From an uncultured Myxococcales bacterium (GTDB lineage Bacteria > Myxococcota_A > UBA9042 > CAIXZC01), in NCBI GenBank assembly GCA_964593355.1, contig CAZQHM010000021.1, positions 1,565-65,564 on the forward strand: 64,000 nucleotides of DNA, read 5' to 3'. The notes under the pieces were generated by a model that was given only the letters and a program-made list of their open reading frames with translations, made no database searches and was not told the origin of the DNA. Below, piece after piece: positions 49,101-52,192 of this stretch. The position numbers and the translations under genes are program-made. Within the stretch, counting starts at the first letter, position 1. Every line of letters begins with the position of its first letter.

Positions 49101-51271
49101 GCGCAATCGTTGTCGTTCTCGCAGCAGCCCGAGATGGCCACATGACGGCACTGTTTGGCCACGCACATGTCGAGGGTGCAGGGGTCGCCGTCGGAGCAAT
49201 CGCCGTCAGCGGTGCAGCAGTCAGGAATCTCCGTGAAGACGCATGTTCTTGTGTTTGTATTACATTTATCATTTGTGCATTGCTCAGAATCGTTGCAGTC
49301 CGTATCTTTTATGCAGCATCCAGGGATTTTTGTGTGCATACATTTCCCGGTGCTGAGCTCGCACGTGTCTATGGTGCATAAGTTCTGATCATTGCATGAT
49401 GTATTATTGGCATCGCAGAATGTCGGGTCTTCTATGTGTTGACATGTGCATGATACGCATCGGTCGATTGTGTAGGCGTTGGTGTCGTCGCAGTCAAGGT
49501 CTGAGAAGCAGCACTCTTCGTTGAGGAGCACATGGAGGCATGTCTTGTCTTCCAGGCAGACGTCGTAGGTGCAGTCGCAGGTGTCGACGCACTCGGCGTC
49601 GCTGTTGCAGCAGTTGGGTTTCTTGGGGTCTGGGCCATAGCGGCAGGTGTGGTTGACGCAGACGTCAAGGTTGCAGAGGTCGCCGTCATCGCAATCCTTG
49701 TCCTCGTTGCAGCAGTCGGTTTTGGGGAAGAAGCTGCACGTGCCGGTGATCCCAGCCATGACGCAGAGGTTCTGGGTGCAGTAGTCGTCGTCCTGGCAGT
49801 CTTCCGAGGTAGTGCAGCAATTCTGGGTATTGAGGTGTTTGCAGGTGAACTCTTCACAGACATCCACGGTGCAGGGGTTTTCGTCGGGGAGGCATGGGAA
49901 GAGACCCGATTCGTCGCAGTAGTCGGGTCGCAGGAGGTGCTGGCACTGGAAGTTCTGGCACCAGTCCAGGGTGGCGGGGTTACCGTCTTCGCAGTCGGTG
50001 GCGATGAGGCAGCAGACGGGGTTGGATGTGTCGATGCCGTTGACGCACTGGTTGCCGAGGCACTGGTCGATGGTGCAGTCATTGCCGTCGAAGCACTGGG
50101 AGACGTCGTCACAGCAGTTGGGTACGGCGTAGTTGGGGGCGTAGCGGCACTCGTGGACGACGCAGACGTCTGTGGTGCAGAAGAGGCCGTCGTCACAAGC
50201 CGGGTCTCCCTCGCCTTCGCAGCAGAGGGGGTCAGCGCTGGGGACGTAGAAGCAGTAGTTGGTGGAGAGCGAGCACATGTCGGTAGTGCAGTATTTGCCG
50301 TCGTTGCAGTCCTCGTTGCTGATGCAGCATTCAGGCAGCTTGTCGTGGACGCAGAGGCCCTGGACGCAGCTGTCTATGGTGCAGAAGCTGCCATCGTCAC
50401 ACTCACCGTCGGTGGCGCATTGGGTGCACTGGCTGTTGGTGCAGGTCCAGCCCGGGGCGCACTCCCACGAGGAGACGCAGCAGCCGGTGTGGGCGAAGCT
50501 GGCGTACTGGCACTGGAACTGGCCGTTACCGATGAAGACGCAGGCCTGGATGGAGCAGGGGTTGCCGTCGTCGCACGATTCGTCGTCGTAGTTCACGCAG
50601 GACTTCTGCACCCTGAGTTCCAGAGTGGCTCTTGCCGAGGGATTATCCAGGGGCTCCAGTCCGGCGCCTTCGTTACGGTAGAGCACGATGGAGACTCGGT
50701 GTGCGCCAAAAGGAACGTCGTCAAGAGTGACCGTTGTTCCGGCAAAGATCTCCTTCTGGAACACCCCGTCGAGATATACACGAACGCTGTGATTGGGGTC
50801 GGGGAAGATGAAGTTTGTGACCGAGAACGTAACTACGACGGGCGTGACCGGGATGCCCAGGGGGATGTAATCGTAAGGGGTGGGGTCCAGAATCTTGACC
50901 GTGGGGTCCGTAGAGGCCGCAAGCCCGTCGCTGACGGCCAGGAAGTCCCCGAAATCCACCACGAGGTCAGTCCAACTGAAGTCGGCAGCGAGTTGGTCCT
51001 GCTGACGCTCCTCCACGGATGGGGTGCAGGAGGCCGCCATAAGGGCCAAAGAGAGCAGAGCCCCACTCCCCCACGCCGGCAACACGTTCCACCAAGGCCA
51101 GCGCCCTATCGTCCCACGATCTGTGCTGCAAAGCGTCGTTGTTCCGTTGCCGAAATGGTCGGTTCTCATATGAGCCTCCAAGAAGGAGAACAGGGCGTCG
51201 AATACAGCGGGACGCCATGTGGTTCTCTTCGCGTCTGCGAAAAAGGGTCGTCGCTTGCATGAGCGTAGCAC
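25166..51271 (-). CDS. Giant (8,701-aa ORF) Cys-rich modular surface lipoprotein; putative adhesin / extracellular-matrix protein
   Basis: A single uninterrupted 26,106-nt ORF. The likely true start is the ATG at ~51169 (Met35 of the ORF), with GGAGG 5 nt upstream. Signal '...GSGALLSLALMAASC' is followed by the module series itemised below. No peptidase S8, NRPS/PKS, heme CxxCH or toxin motifs are seen. Confidence 0.9.
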   Translation of the reverse strand: MLRSCKRRPFFADAKRTTWRPAVFDALFSFLEAHMRTDHFGNGTTTLCSTDRGTIGRWPWWNVLPAWGSGALLSLALMAASCTPSVEERQQDQLAADFSWTDLVVDFGDFLAVSDGLAASTDPTVKILDPTPYDYIPLGIPVTPVVVTFSVTNFIFPDPNHSVRVYLDGVFQKEIFAGTTVTLDDVPFGAHRVSIVLYRNEGAGLEPLDNPSARATLELRVQKSCVNYDDESCDDGNPCSIQACVFIGNGQFQCQYASFAHTGCCVSSWECAPGWTCTNSQCTQCATDGECDDGSFCTIDSCVQGLCVHDKLPECCISNEDCNDGKYCTTDMCSLSTNYCFYVPSADPLCCEGEGDPACDDGLFCTTDVCVVHECRYAPNYAVPNCCDDVSQCFDGNDCTIDQCLGNQCVNGIDTSNPVCCLIATDCEDGNPATLDWCQNFQCQHLLRPDYCDESGLFPCLPDENPCTVDVCEEFTCKHLNTQNCCTTSEDCQDDDYCTQNLCVMAGITGTCSFFPKTDCCNEDKDCDDGDLCNLDVCVNHTCRYGPDPKKPNCCNSDAECVDTCDCTYDVCLEDKTCLHVLLNEECCFSDLDCDDTNAYTIDRCVSCTCQHIEDPTFCDANNTSCNDQNLCTIDTCELSTGKCMHTKIPGCCIKDTDCNDSEQCTNDKCNTNTRTCVFTEIPDCCTADGDCSDGDPCTLDMCVAKQCRHVAISGCCENDNDCATGNECWIGSCNTVTFQCTFDLNTLNPVCCSSVQDCYDGKPCTNDICLDYRCYNTDIANCCTAATAPTLCNDNNPCTWDTCVYGICRNIPADQAPPSAGLPATCCQVDADCGSDGDDCTEEKCIAGVCKFVPISPCFQSIPYHQNFASCTGATSLGWSVVDLGNPASSNWRCATAGSLGPDGFMKFHWLPETDGVNSYLATPWLSMGGHAAVTVQMDQHFTPYDSTTDLSLVITNTDDFSVATTMWVDTFDAGFTSELLDFTVPAAFLNEGVKFGIGVNSSSTYNITSFEVDNFRVCPGVPPRFTEIPEEINIHWTERPSPRFLAVDADSMDDLTITIESGPSFVTVGSQAYSYGMGAYFALLKVTPKGPQDAGPFEVVVRVSDGCLIDRATVKGIVFMDGGWLVWRPSEVHLSHETAVLNAITAAGRAAQVATDILAVPDLRKFEGVVALLGVYGRKHELSSQEAARLAQYLGGGGRLYLEGGDTWFKDPQTMLHPFFSLTPISDGPQTTTGGQFGRHLAYGLNLPISSSYMANNFLDGLKRRGAAIPLGFSDVQNWATAVAYEDATMLYRTVAASVPLAALEAGASRDALFDRYLNFLSNGYPICTGDDYCNDSRICTTDACVDEQCTHTPVPGCIECENDEPCGTNQACVVADEFCKLIPGDRYPSTDTPKLVDTGAGNSTITSTLTLSDPGTVLSLHVKVEIQHAYRGDLRLTLQHAGKSVVLKQPSPADTTTNVENTWTFGLAASGPGSLDSIIGQPLAGDWVLTVEDTKPGFDGGALVQWAIFVSTSDCEIDAECNDANACTVDTCYYNWCLFSERDCTDYEDGAPNLCTTDTCNPVTGCQYAQKNCNDGILCTLDSCDTVTGECINDYPEHCPGTCTSHKECGMYDYCDSVSGTCLPVPGLPFLTSDEFPIVIPDGESFGLTSVVDITSQVIVKDVYVKLMIDHPSKGDLLVRFSKGSREVLLHDRTGGPIDDLFAVYDFDSSASPASLSLFDGLVSFGKWQLDVQDTSVGDQGRILKWILFLTVVECETDSDCEDGDACTIDICKVQGGARACYRSDLVCDDGLFCNGEETCDSGVGCIQGLPPVVTDYIACTADYCDEANQMMVHTPVDEACNDWFYCNGQESCVAEVGCVDGLPVETDDGVDCTLDICDEEIRNVVHVAMDADCTDGIFCNGVEMCDHTAGCLPGTPPTLDDGIHCTVELCDEDQKVIVHMPEDALCDDGLYCNGPEYCHVNKGCISGLLPTISDGADCTLDFCDEATGQIVHQLIPGACDDDNPCTDDVCQAGVGCVNSPNALPCDDDNVCTVGDICAAGQCVPGPLSPTCACTTVADCPEDNNLCNGSWLCVDGKCTLNPATAVVCPPEANGGCVLSTCNPATGLCAYSSAPAGTPCDDGNLCTVNGLCDNAGTCVEAPRACDDGLFCNGTESCSPTLGCLPGTPPLVDDGIPCTADVCDEDTDTVLNNPIHSFCTDGEFCNGEELCDIMVGCTDGVPPSLDDGIACTLDFCDEVMDSVLHMPRNALCDDGQFCNGVEACVVGSGCVSQPLEALDDGNPCTMDICDEISNTISHVPNPLQCQDGDACNGYELCSISDGCLPGEPLPLDDFVACTLDLCDPLTGQITHTPNHAFCDDGIFCNGAETCHPLMGCMPGVPPQTEDSVLCTLDWCDETHDLVVHQPINDVCSDNNPCTDDICTATGCTHAFNTAPCDDGEVCTMDDQCVAGVCVGGGPDPLCVCVSDAGCDDDGNLCNGTLQCVGGKCVIKAGSVVACPTGGDSQCMKNTCVPSTGLCAMAPVPNGQYCDDGLFCTVDDQCMAGSCSGGKPRNCSDGLYCNGSESCAEGVGCINTPLAGLDDGNPCTVDMCDEATRFISHEPVDALCDDGNWCNGLEWCHFAAGCVAGTPQVQDDEIDCTTQLCNEDLRQVVIVTDDELCDDGFYCNGKEFCDSFYGCLPGDIPSFDDGIPCTKDNCNEVSNVVEHIPDHQFCNDGLFCNGLEVCDNNIGCTSGNIPTLDDGLDCTEDTCDEALDIIRHLADHSVCSDGVYCNGPEACNLSVGCITVPMPGLDDGVDCTVEVCIEASREILRTADDSGCDDGLFCNGTEYCDPAADCQPGAAPLLSDGVSCTSDVCDELNDVVVHTPQGYLCSDSNVCTLDKCVPGTGCVYEPMPGPCSDGELCTIGDTCSNGVCVGAGVNPIPACNGCTQDSHCPDDGNLCNGNLICVAGQCVVDPDTVVVCPASTTQCKVFRCQAATGACQLVNALAGVACDDSNVCTFEDRCSGAGQCVGTVSACDDGLFCNGAEQCDPVTGACSPGTPPLVDDGVPCTIDYCDETTDKVVHAINDLLCDDGIFCNGTESCDALAGCIGGSAVPISDGLACTIDSCDETLRAVIHVPNHAACNDGKWCNGLEVCDTVVGCRAGSSPSTDDGVACTQDLCDELTDTIKHVPNHTVCSNDNVCDGIEYCHATQGCLPGEPPVVGDSLDCTIDLCDPELGVIHVAQDGFCDDGYFCNGFERCDEVLGCISAAPMGLSDGVDCTLDYCDEVLQAVVHEPRNELCEDGQFCNGTSYCDANVGCVAGEVPECDDNNPCTIDQCNWELDDGMGGCDFSARVQHCENNCGGSHSFDAGDDDCGYDDACVGGTGGPGKGVCVPLCTHPDCVHVHNPSQGDVNKASCYVRTITIDSAKTYIATIDVKMEFDHAYLGETWARLTSPDGTQVYLWDRQGGDNDNFRNTFSTSFYDNGKLCSLRGENANGVWTLRVCDLGDFGVGRMLSWGIYVVGTETPFEGGETCATAFDIPSTAGTAEYFGETRCAGNDASGSCGGGFAGDRIYKFTTTQPMAVSAQLESTDWDGILYLKNSDASGCAPWSVACADSCLAGECDESVNHKLVVPGTYYLVVDGAKNSGGWYKLTTTFTELKPNGAECESDLVCISNYCSNGYCCAFGSCCSVASDCPAAFSSPSGCFDPETCQGRRRDATCVDNECGTIEVDDDSGCSGETADQCDAFADIICTGSSNQSPPACPTSCVGDAQCDPLAHCEDGVCVEDLGPGEVCLEDDDCLSGNCNDGICCDLGECCLVPTDCGPGYQLPPVCDNPGTCQGHRAGPLCWNNMCSSVPYADDSGCNFDTIADECGFFKPVRCNGDEIQEPPVCPETCTLDDHCDNGNHCDTICIPDLENGYPCDENSDCQSDHCQNGFCCDSGDCCDNESACLAAYTLPPQCDLTELCQGQRGEAACLGNICHSIAIEDDSACDESTLAKPCGLYLDQYCNGAEEQGEPVCLERCIVHADCDANAHCEDEICVADYPNGAMCDEPTDCLSGHCQNSFCCDSGDCCNIPGHCPWDHWESPVCHTPGSCQGSRVDAVCESFSCGSAEVADDSACTPDLLSDGCGDYKDIYCTGTQNQPLTQCPISCVLDSECDALARCDDVCLPKLPLGEACDETSDCLSDMCVDSVCCDSACDGDCESCALPGLLGACSQYPGATDPEDDCPVCAMCNGVDGCGDVPAGDDPLDDCASFSQDSCQQDGTCNGTGACRLWSDSTSCHEPVCVGHMLTPERFCSGGGLCETEAAQSCAPYACNADGDACRVLCIVGAHCAPGHACLLGICIPKRANGQPCSTGDVCQSGFCADGVCCNTACSGACRSCDAAGSVGTCTPFANNSDPDDECALCNTCNGLGACKAVTAGEDPLDECGATDQSSCGLDGTCNGTGQCRYWISGTVCVDQSCAAGIQTNADTCDGLGTCIDNGFSPCHPYLCDSTFGCFTVCNSDDQCAPDSWCNSGECQAGRPNGLACTAASECISGYCVDGYCCESACDGTCESCAINPGTCSPYPVDNDPEAECGFCQACNGAGSCGFTSSGSDPKFDCASDPQTTCGFDGQCDGNGGCRLWIPGTVCLPAFCVGTTLFEAYECDGTGTCVEGGIASCDPYMCNSLGTDCSTTCSSDGDCAIGYYCGGFQCLPKKANGDSCLTNGECASTYCVDGYCCESACDGPCQSCGVTPGLCTPEAINMDPEDDCPTCWGCDGAGGCQLVPTGVDPADDCEDAGVSTCGLDGTCDGTGACRTYLPGSVCNARTCSGTTLTLDDYCDGSGSCVVSGSVSCEPYVCHPAGDSCLASCNTHADCVSTHFCNALSECQPKLTVGSPCSEAEQCESSYCVEGFCCSSPCDGLCASCGQPGSEGTCILSPAGQDPQNKCGHCMVCNGAGSCTNVAAGLDPKAQCQQDDVATCGQDGTCNGAGSCRLYTAGTVCVPTNCTDSTRTMASVCNGSGTCITGFAVACDPYVCNTVGTLCRTFCTTNAHCTTGNYCNSANKCVAAKPDGSTCMAGAECQSGFCVDGYCCQSACTGPCRSCGLPASKGLCVEFPNGTDPETDCGTCLVCEDGACAPVTAGTDPKSECDIQSASTCGSTGECDGTGGCEVWSLGTICIPQTCSGFTKYHPDQCDGSGSCADSGSTSCSPYSCDAAGVECRTGCTANTHCAPGFSCVGNVCVATKPNGATCSTAGECASGYCVDGYCCVTACSGSCQNCSAVPGQCNFWPAGTDPENNCGHCKACNGAGGCQMIANGLDPKSNCDLDPVTSCNKDGACDGAGNCRLFAVGVTCNNSYCSGTTRYQTDICDGLGTCVDGGTVSCVPYTCNAVGTDCVTSCIDNTQCAGGYYCNLGVCQPLKAPGTPCLLDGECTTGACADGVCCESACLGECRSCGVPGYEGICRFTPNNQDPENDCSLCRVCNGAGACKAATAGTDPMDECPWSAESTCGLNGQCNGLGGCGYWSSTSLCAPQSCVGSTRNNSDICDGSGECVEGGSTSCDPYVCRADGLDCRTTCVDSAHCVTGYFCWGSSCVAKRANGQTCSSAQQCTSGYCVDGYCCDSECAGTCSSCRLTGKLGQCSPYAANSDPESECALCNACDGAGSCAPQSAGSDVKFECSSSMPGTCGQDGTCDGSGTCRYWGPSTICAAGSCTGQIFEAPDLCNGSGTCSDSGTIDCSPYVCNGSGTGCLGACNTDADCAADHYCRSQQCQPKLPNGQTCIEGSECWSGYCVDGFCCNTDCTQTCASCSLNPGTCSALVVNTDPFNECGNCRVCNGNYTCVAVPNGLDPTNDCIPSPESSCGLDGECDGTGGCRLWDTVTQCMSPYCLSGNIYSARMCDGSGVCSAPTVTSCAPYSCDGDGVNCATSCTDNSGCAPSHRCLSNLCVPKLVNGAACLVGVDCLSGQCVDGVCCNTACSGTCQTCNLSGYEGTCTFYGLNNDPADECGTCNTCNGSGSCVAQLEGQDLKSQCEQEDKSTCGPDGVCNGKGDCRLWEGGTECVAAACTGSDFQGKHVCDGSGNCLAPTGNCSLLGWDVNPGSQLVCAQSEPCSGAVTHTEAVAICSALGGRLCSWDEIAFGETVGSGCGYENERVWSLTECSEDSFFTGAGDPANLGSIPVACTPSTGTAMVRCCAYASSCCPYQCGASGCRTYCDVEADCCTGYTCLGNACVAKQSGGTTCSVNSDCATGFCVDGYCCNEACTGSCRSCGLPGFEGTCTAFPAGVDPQAECGLCRICSGFGTCIAASAGSDPKSQCAQADPLSCGLNGSCNGSGACAYWPSETVCATGSCSGTTMTFADECNGSGSCIDGGTQDCCPYRCNGSGSACTTHCANSADCCDGNYCSSGSCLAKKALGETCIEGQQCASGLCVDGYCCDSACDGPCESCSAVPGNCSPAPAGTDPENNCGLCMACSGSGPLCVAADDGTDPKADCLAGTAASCGLDGECNGAGACRYYSVGTQCAPRICSAGTLYLQDLCTAPGVCTDGGVTSCSPYECNAAGDDCLTVCGSDDDCLPGFFCNGSGICEAPRTLGSPCVAGFECQSSFCADGVCCATACDGLCQSCNASGSEGTCSLTPNNSDPGNECGHCRVCNGAGSCKAATAGTDPKNQCTAMAPATCLFDGTCDGAGACANFNATTVCLAESCVGSTYYPADICNGSGSCTDSGSASCAPYSCGASSCLTSCSEHSHCSAGNFCSGSSCVPKLTNGATCSEAQQCVSGNCIDGYCCNSACAGSCRACNMPGSAGTCTNIGSGLDPAGECGACATCNGMGSCVNAAEGQDPKNDCAPEHPSTCGLDGVCNGKGACRQWPAGTLCSSYACTGDTISEPRYCDGNGTCIAETLGCETSAWQRTPGYLWVCSESDPCSGLVTFEQALSFCASQNARLCSWGELSANEAAGSGCGYDDKRVWALSECGEDSHYTLAGSTAFSGAVPLQCTANTGLAYARCCAFADSCCPYKCGGSGCLTMCASASDCCDGYRCEAGKCLRIAALGETCSSSAECESGYCVDGVCCDSACAGTCLSCAVAGALGTCSAIPAASDPGNECGLCRACDGAGACQAVAAGTDPLNDCVQQGPATCGFSGECDGAGACSLFSAGTVCVSEVCVGDLLYNADMCNGTGSCIDSGTQTCQPYRCNTEGLACLTACSLDSDCATGNYCAGTVCLPKEPLGTPCGAANQCQTGYCVDGVCCDSGCTGTCRTCALAGQLGTCSFVPNTSDPDGECGTCQVCNGTGTCTFAAEGSDPKNQCGAQLPSTCGRDGQCNGKGACRLWAGGTSCSSPSCAGSTFSSSKYCDGDGTCVGALSSCETLGWDAGAGSDATCSEADPCGVAISFSEAKALCESRNARLCTWAEVNNREAQGAGCGIDAQRVWTLSECGEDSYYTGPANPDNLGSVPLQCTARASVAQVVCCSTNSSCCPYTCADIGGACRTTCSAHSNCCSGNYCQSGSCVPKKADGLTCSGAGECASGFCVDGFCCNSSCTGGCRGCAEPGSEGTCTSFASGTDPYNECGLCQACNGIGYCTVAPDGTDPGNDCAVEAPESCGTTGECVAGACEFWAADVLCGPQRCVADTLFDPQRCSGAGTCVDAGSVSCCPYLCSGDACGTACTGHEQCCSSAYCQSGACLNDKPTGTTCSADEECATGYCVDGYCCATACDGSCESCALPGLLGTCSKHAPDSDPDNECGICMLCNAAHACAPALAGTDPESECEPDGCLNDGLCDGSGACRLPTAGTECTTASCSGSTLYVPDECDGGGTCVDMGTVECSPYVCMGGACATNCSDDAHCAGGFWCNTPNCVAKKSLGATCGGSNECLSGFCVDGVCCNNSCEGNCKACDVAGKEGTCDFVPNNEDSYGDCPLCSVCDGAGACKFATDGQDPKEQCAAQAPCGTDGSCDGAGACRFWSTTTQCAPASCPAGGSTYYPADFCSGSGSCSDAGTSSCCPYMCGTNACRTSCTVATQATDCCPTAWCNGSVCVNKRAGGETCTSAGQCLSGNCVDGVCCSTACNGTCEVCNVSGDGTCTPIGAGFDPENECGSCATCSGSSTCQNFVAGTVCVTQTCSGTTLHPSDLCDGAGNCVDSGTATCSPYVCSGASCAVSCLDDTGCAAGHYCSSNACVPKKPTGSTCTGANQCLSDFCVDGYCCNTACTGNCQQCNLVGAEGTCSFSVINTDPDNNCGTCGMCDGSGLCMLVPANQDYMDECATSDPGTCGTNGSCSGSGYSCALWAHGTLCTSQACLGSTVRPPNICNGLGACIAQAEYSCCPYVCDGALCRTSCGSDSNCCSENICMAAGTACQGCETTSPCPPGATPCCGGACTNPIQLEVGTDRGVTRSYAGSTFGAPASTHSFLSGGNTYGLTEPERVFRFNVNSDEGALVHATLTYQTIQWYPSLVVRQDGCGGAVVGSSIHCGDADGCTVSFFAEKNRNYFVIVDGTSGTKGDFNLSMTYYRMCGDCQCSGPAYGEVVDGLVWMQPASQISTESAGSNPVDCRSPRDFAGNASVLDPHQNCESGTMCHLAVMGTWSGTGTNLGGARDDWRTSSGYTTVECNKPVGSATYADGVDHFYSFQLLHESYVWIRLEKSGAWSSGRGPRLHLISGTAMDQVGTDKYVCTDGDGLVADYGAYPDSWTPGSDTYQKMRLVPGWYFIIVDQNFGSYSTVHPSEATANYILDIYLFQNP
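25169..26200 (-). other. Giant gene: two C-terminal PPC-like beta-sandwich domains
   Basis: 'RVFRFNVNSDEGALVHATLTYQTIQWYPSLVV...NRNYFVIVDGTSGTKGDFNLSMTY' and 'GVDHFYSFQLLHESYVWIRLEKSG...GWYFIIVDQNFGS...YILDIYLFQNP'. Confidence 0.5.
28990..29330 (-). other. Giant gene: embedded C-type-lectin/FGE-like module 3
   Basis: 'LGWDAGAGSDATCSEADPCGVAISFSEAKALCESRNARLCTWAEVNNREAQGAGCGIDAQRVWTLSECGEDSYY'. Confidence 0.45.
30330..30680 (-). other. Giant gene: embedded C-type-lectin/FGE-like module 2
   Basis: 'SAWQRTPGYLWVCSESDPCSGLVTFEQALSFCASQNARLCSWGELSANEAAGSGCGYDDKRVWALSECGEDSHY'. Confidence 0.45.
32750..33100 (-). other. Giant gene: embedded C-type-lectin/FGE-like module 1
   Basis: 'LLGWDVNPGSQLVCAQSEPCSGAVTHTEAVAICSALGGRLCSWDEIAFGETVGSGCGYENERVWSLTECSEDSFF'. 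The 'A..C...G.RLCxWxE' core resembles the CTLD / FGE 'RLPTEAEWE' region. Confidence 0.45.
38770..40330 (-). repeat. Giant gene: 4 x ~130-aa repeats with 'CxxGxCCDxGxCC' signature
   Basis: 'CISNYCSNGYCCAFGSCCSV', 'CLSGNCNDGICCDLGECCLV', 'CQSDHCQNGFCCDSGDCCDN', 'CLSGHCQNSFCCDSGDCCNI', each followed by 'C.G.R....C....C....DDS.C'. Confidence 0.65.
40340..40740 (-). other. Giant gene: PPC (pre-peptidase C-terminal)-like beta-sandwich domain
   Basis: 'DRIYKFTTTQPMAVSAQLESTDWDGILYLKNSDASG...GTYYLVVDGAKNSGGWYKLTTTF' follows the PPC pattern (DxYxFxxxxxxxxxxL...DLxLxLxxxxG...GxYYxxVxG). Confidence 0.55.
40760..41080 (-). other. Giant gene: P-domain 3
   Basis: 'IDVKMEFDHAYLGETWARLTSPDGTQVYLWDRQGG...ANGVWTLRVCDLGDFGVGRMLSWGIYV'. 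Confidence 0.6.
41290..45960 (-). repeat. Giant gene: about 22 x ~45-aa 'DDGxxCTxDxCDE...CDDGxFCNGxExC' repeats in 3-4 super-repeats separated by ~190-aa interludes
   Basis: Examples: 'CDDGLFCNGEETC', 'CTDGIFCNGVEMC', 'CDDGQFCNGVEAC', 'CDDGFYCNGKEFC'. The interlude 'CDDDNPCTDDVC...CPEDNNLCNGSWLCVDGKCTL...CDDGNLCTVNGLC' recurs three times. This is reminiscent of, but not identical to, the Myxococcus cysteine-rich repeat. Confidence 0.7.
46010..46300 (-). other. Giant gene: P-domain 2
   Basis: 'VKLMIDHPSKGDLLVRFSKGSREVLLHDRTGG...GKWQLDVQDTSVGDQGRILKWILFL'. Confidence 0.6.
46720..47040 (-). other. Giant gene: P-domain 1 (proprotein convertase P-domain-like)
   Basis: 'VKVEIQHAYRGDLRLTLQHAGKSVVLKQP...GDWVLTVEDTKPGFDGGALVQWAIFV' matches the P-domain core pattern (xHxxxGDLxIxLxSPxGTxxxL ... 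W.L.V.D....G.L..W.L). Confidence 0.6.
48690..50620 (-). repeat. Giant gene: about 18 N-terminal ~35-aa repeats 'CCxxxxDCxDGxxCTxDxCxxxxC'
   Basis: Examples: 'CCISNEDCNDGKYCTTDMCSLSTNYC', 'CCNEDKDCDDGDLCNLDVCVNHTC', 'CCTADGDCSDGDPCTLDMCVAKQC'. This is the same repeat class as in genes 1..1455 and 4486..7017. Confidence 0.7.
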
Positions 51272-51509
51272 GCGCCGCGTACGCGCTCAAACTTTAAAGG
51301 CGCTGGCCCCCGGATAGGGCCACCATCACCGTCCGAACCAGACAAGCTGGCTGGAGCTGTCGGTAAACAGAATGGCCCGGGGAGCGCAAGCAAACTCCGT
51401 GCCGCAGGCACTATGGCCCATATTCAGGTCAAGGCGGCTTTGCCACTCTCTCGAATCCGGGCAGGTCAAGCCGCATGGCCAGAGCGTAATCGAACGAAAT
51501 CCTTGAAAT

Positions 51510-51536
51510 AACTCCCGCTTGTGGCAGCGGGGAGTT
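51510..51536. terminator. Imperfect hairpin between marR stop and giant-gene start (candidate terminator/attenuator)
   Basis: 'AACTCCCGC ttgtggca GCGGGGAGTT': a 9-bp stem with one bulge. The minus-strand RNA is followed by 'auuucaagg'. It lies ~95 nt after the marR stop and ~240 nt before the giant-gene start. Confidence 0.3.
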
Positions 51537-51631
51537 CTCCCGTCTTTCAGCAGAATCTGCCTGACGCTACGTGGCAATGCGTGGAGCAGCTCAGAAATTT
51601 TTTCGTAATGCGAAATGTCGGACGGAAAATA

Positions 51632-52120
51632 TCAGTTGTTGGAATGGTACCCAGGGTCGCTCTCGCCTCCCGCCACAGCGCCAGGTCGCCTCAAAGCCTG
51701 GGCCAGATGCCCAAGGCTCTCAACCAGACGCACCATGGACTCGTCGGAGTAGCTCGCTAAGCGGCTGCTCAGGGCCCTGGCACGCACCTGATTGAATTCA
51801 GCCAAGGCCCTTGCCCCATCAGGCGTAAGCTTGAAGTTGGATTTTCGCCGGTCCCTGTGCGGCTCCCTTGTTATCAGACCTCGCTGCACAAGTCGGTCGG
51901 TCAACTCGCTCACCGAGCTCTGTACCCGTCCCAGAAGCACACACAACTGGCTGTTGCTAAGGAGAACTTTCCCAGACAAGCACTCAAGCAGCTGTCTCTG
52001 GGTCTCCGTGAGCCCCACCAGGGCCCCGGCCCTCTCGTCGATCTCGTGGAAACCAACGTGCAGCAGGGGCAAAACGTCTGCCAACTGCTCAAGGGGCGGC
52101 CCATTGCCGGTGCTGGTCAT
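51632..52120 (-). CDS. MarR-family transcriptional regulator
   Basis: The winged-HTH core 'LTETQRQLLECLSGKVLLSNSQLCVLLGRVQSSVSELTDRLVQRGLITREPHRDRRKSNFKLTPDGARAL' is typical MarR. The ATG at 52120 has GGGGGAGAAAG upstream. It is co-directional with, and immediately upstream of, the giant gene. Confidence 0.8.
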   Translation of the reverse strand: MTSTGNGPPLEQLADVLPLLHVGFHEIDERAGALVGLTETQRQLLECLSGKVLLSNSQLCVLLGRVQSSVSELTDRLVQRGLITREPHRDRRKSNFKLTPDGARALAEFNQVRARALSSRLASYSDESMVRLVESLGHLAQALRRPGAVAGGESDPGYHSNN

Positions 52121-52128
52121 CTTTCTCC

Positions 52129-52154
52129 CCCCCACAGAAGAAGTGGACGTGGGG
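52129..52154. promoter_or_regulatory. Palindrome CCCCAC-N13-GTGGGG between efp stop and marR start (efp terminator hairpin or MarR operator candidate)
   Basis: 'ccccacagaagaagtggacgtgggg' lies directly 5' of the marR start and overlaps its ribosome-binding region. Confidence 0.25.
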
Positions 52155-52192
52155 ATTTTAGGCCAAGGCGAGGGATGAGCAAAAAATGGAGC

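Noticed and set aside
25166-51271. Dozens of long plus-strand ORFs (for example 27842..28855, 37907..39022, 43982..45280, 45284..46372, 49532..51262) overlapping the giant gene
   Set aside because: They are antisense shadow ORFs of a GC-rich, repeat-rich coding region. Their translations are low-complexity Ala/Arg/Gly strings with no motifs, and they tile out of phase with each other, whereas the minus-strand frame is continuous for 26 kb.
25166-51271. Giant gene as a multiheme cytochrome, NRPS/PKS, RTX toxin or S8 protease
   Set aside because: The CxxC pairs are followed by N/G, not H, so there is no CxxCH. There are no adenylation, KS or condensation motifs, no GGxGxD nonapeptides, and no subtilisin D/H/S triad motifs despite the P-domains.
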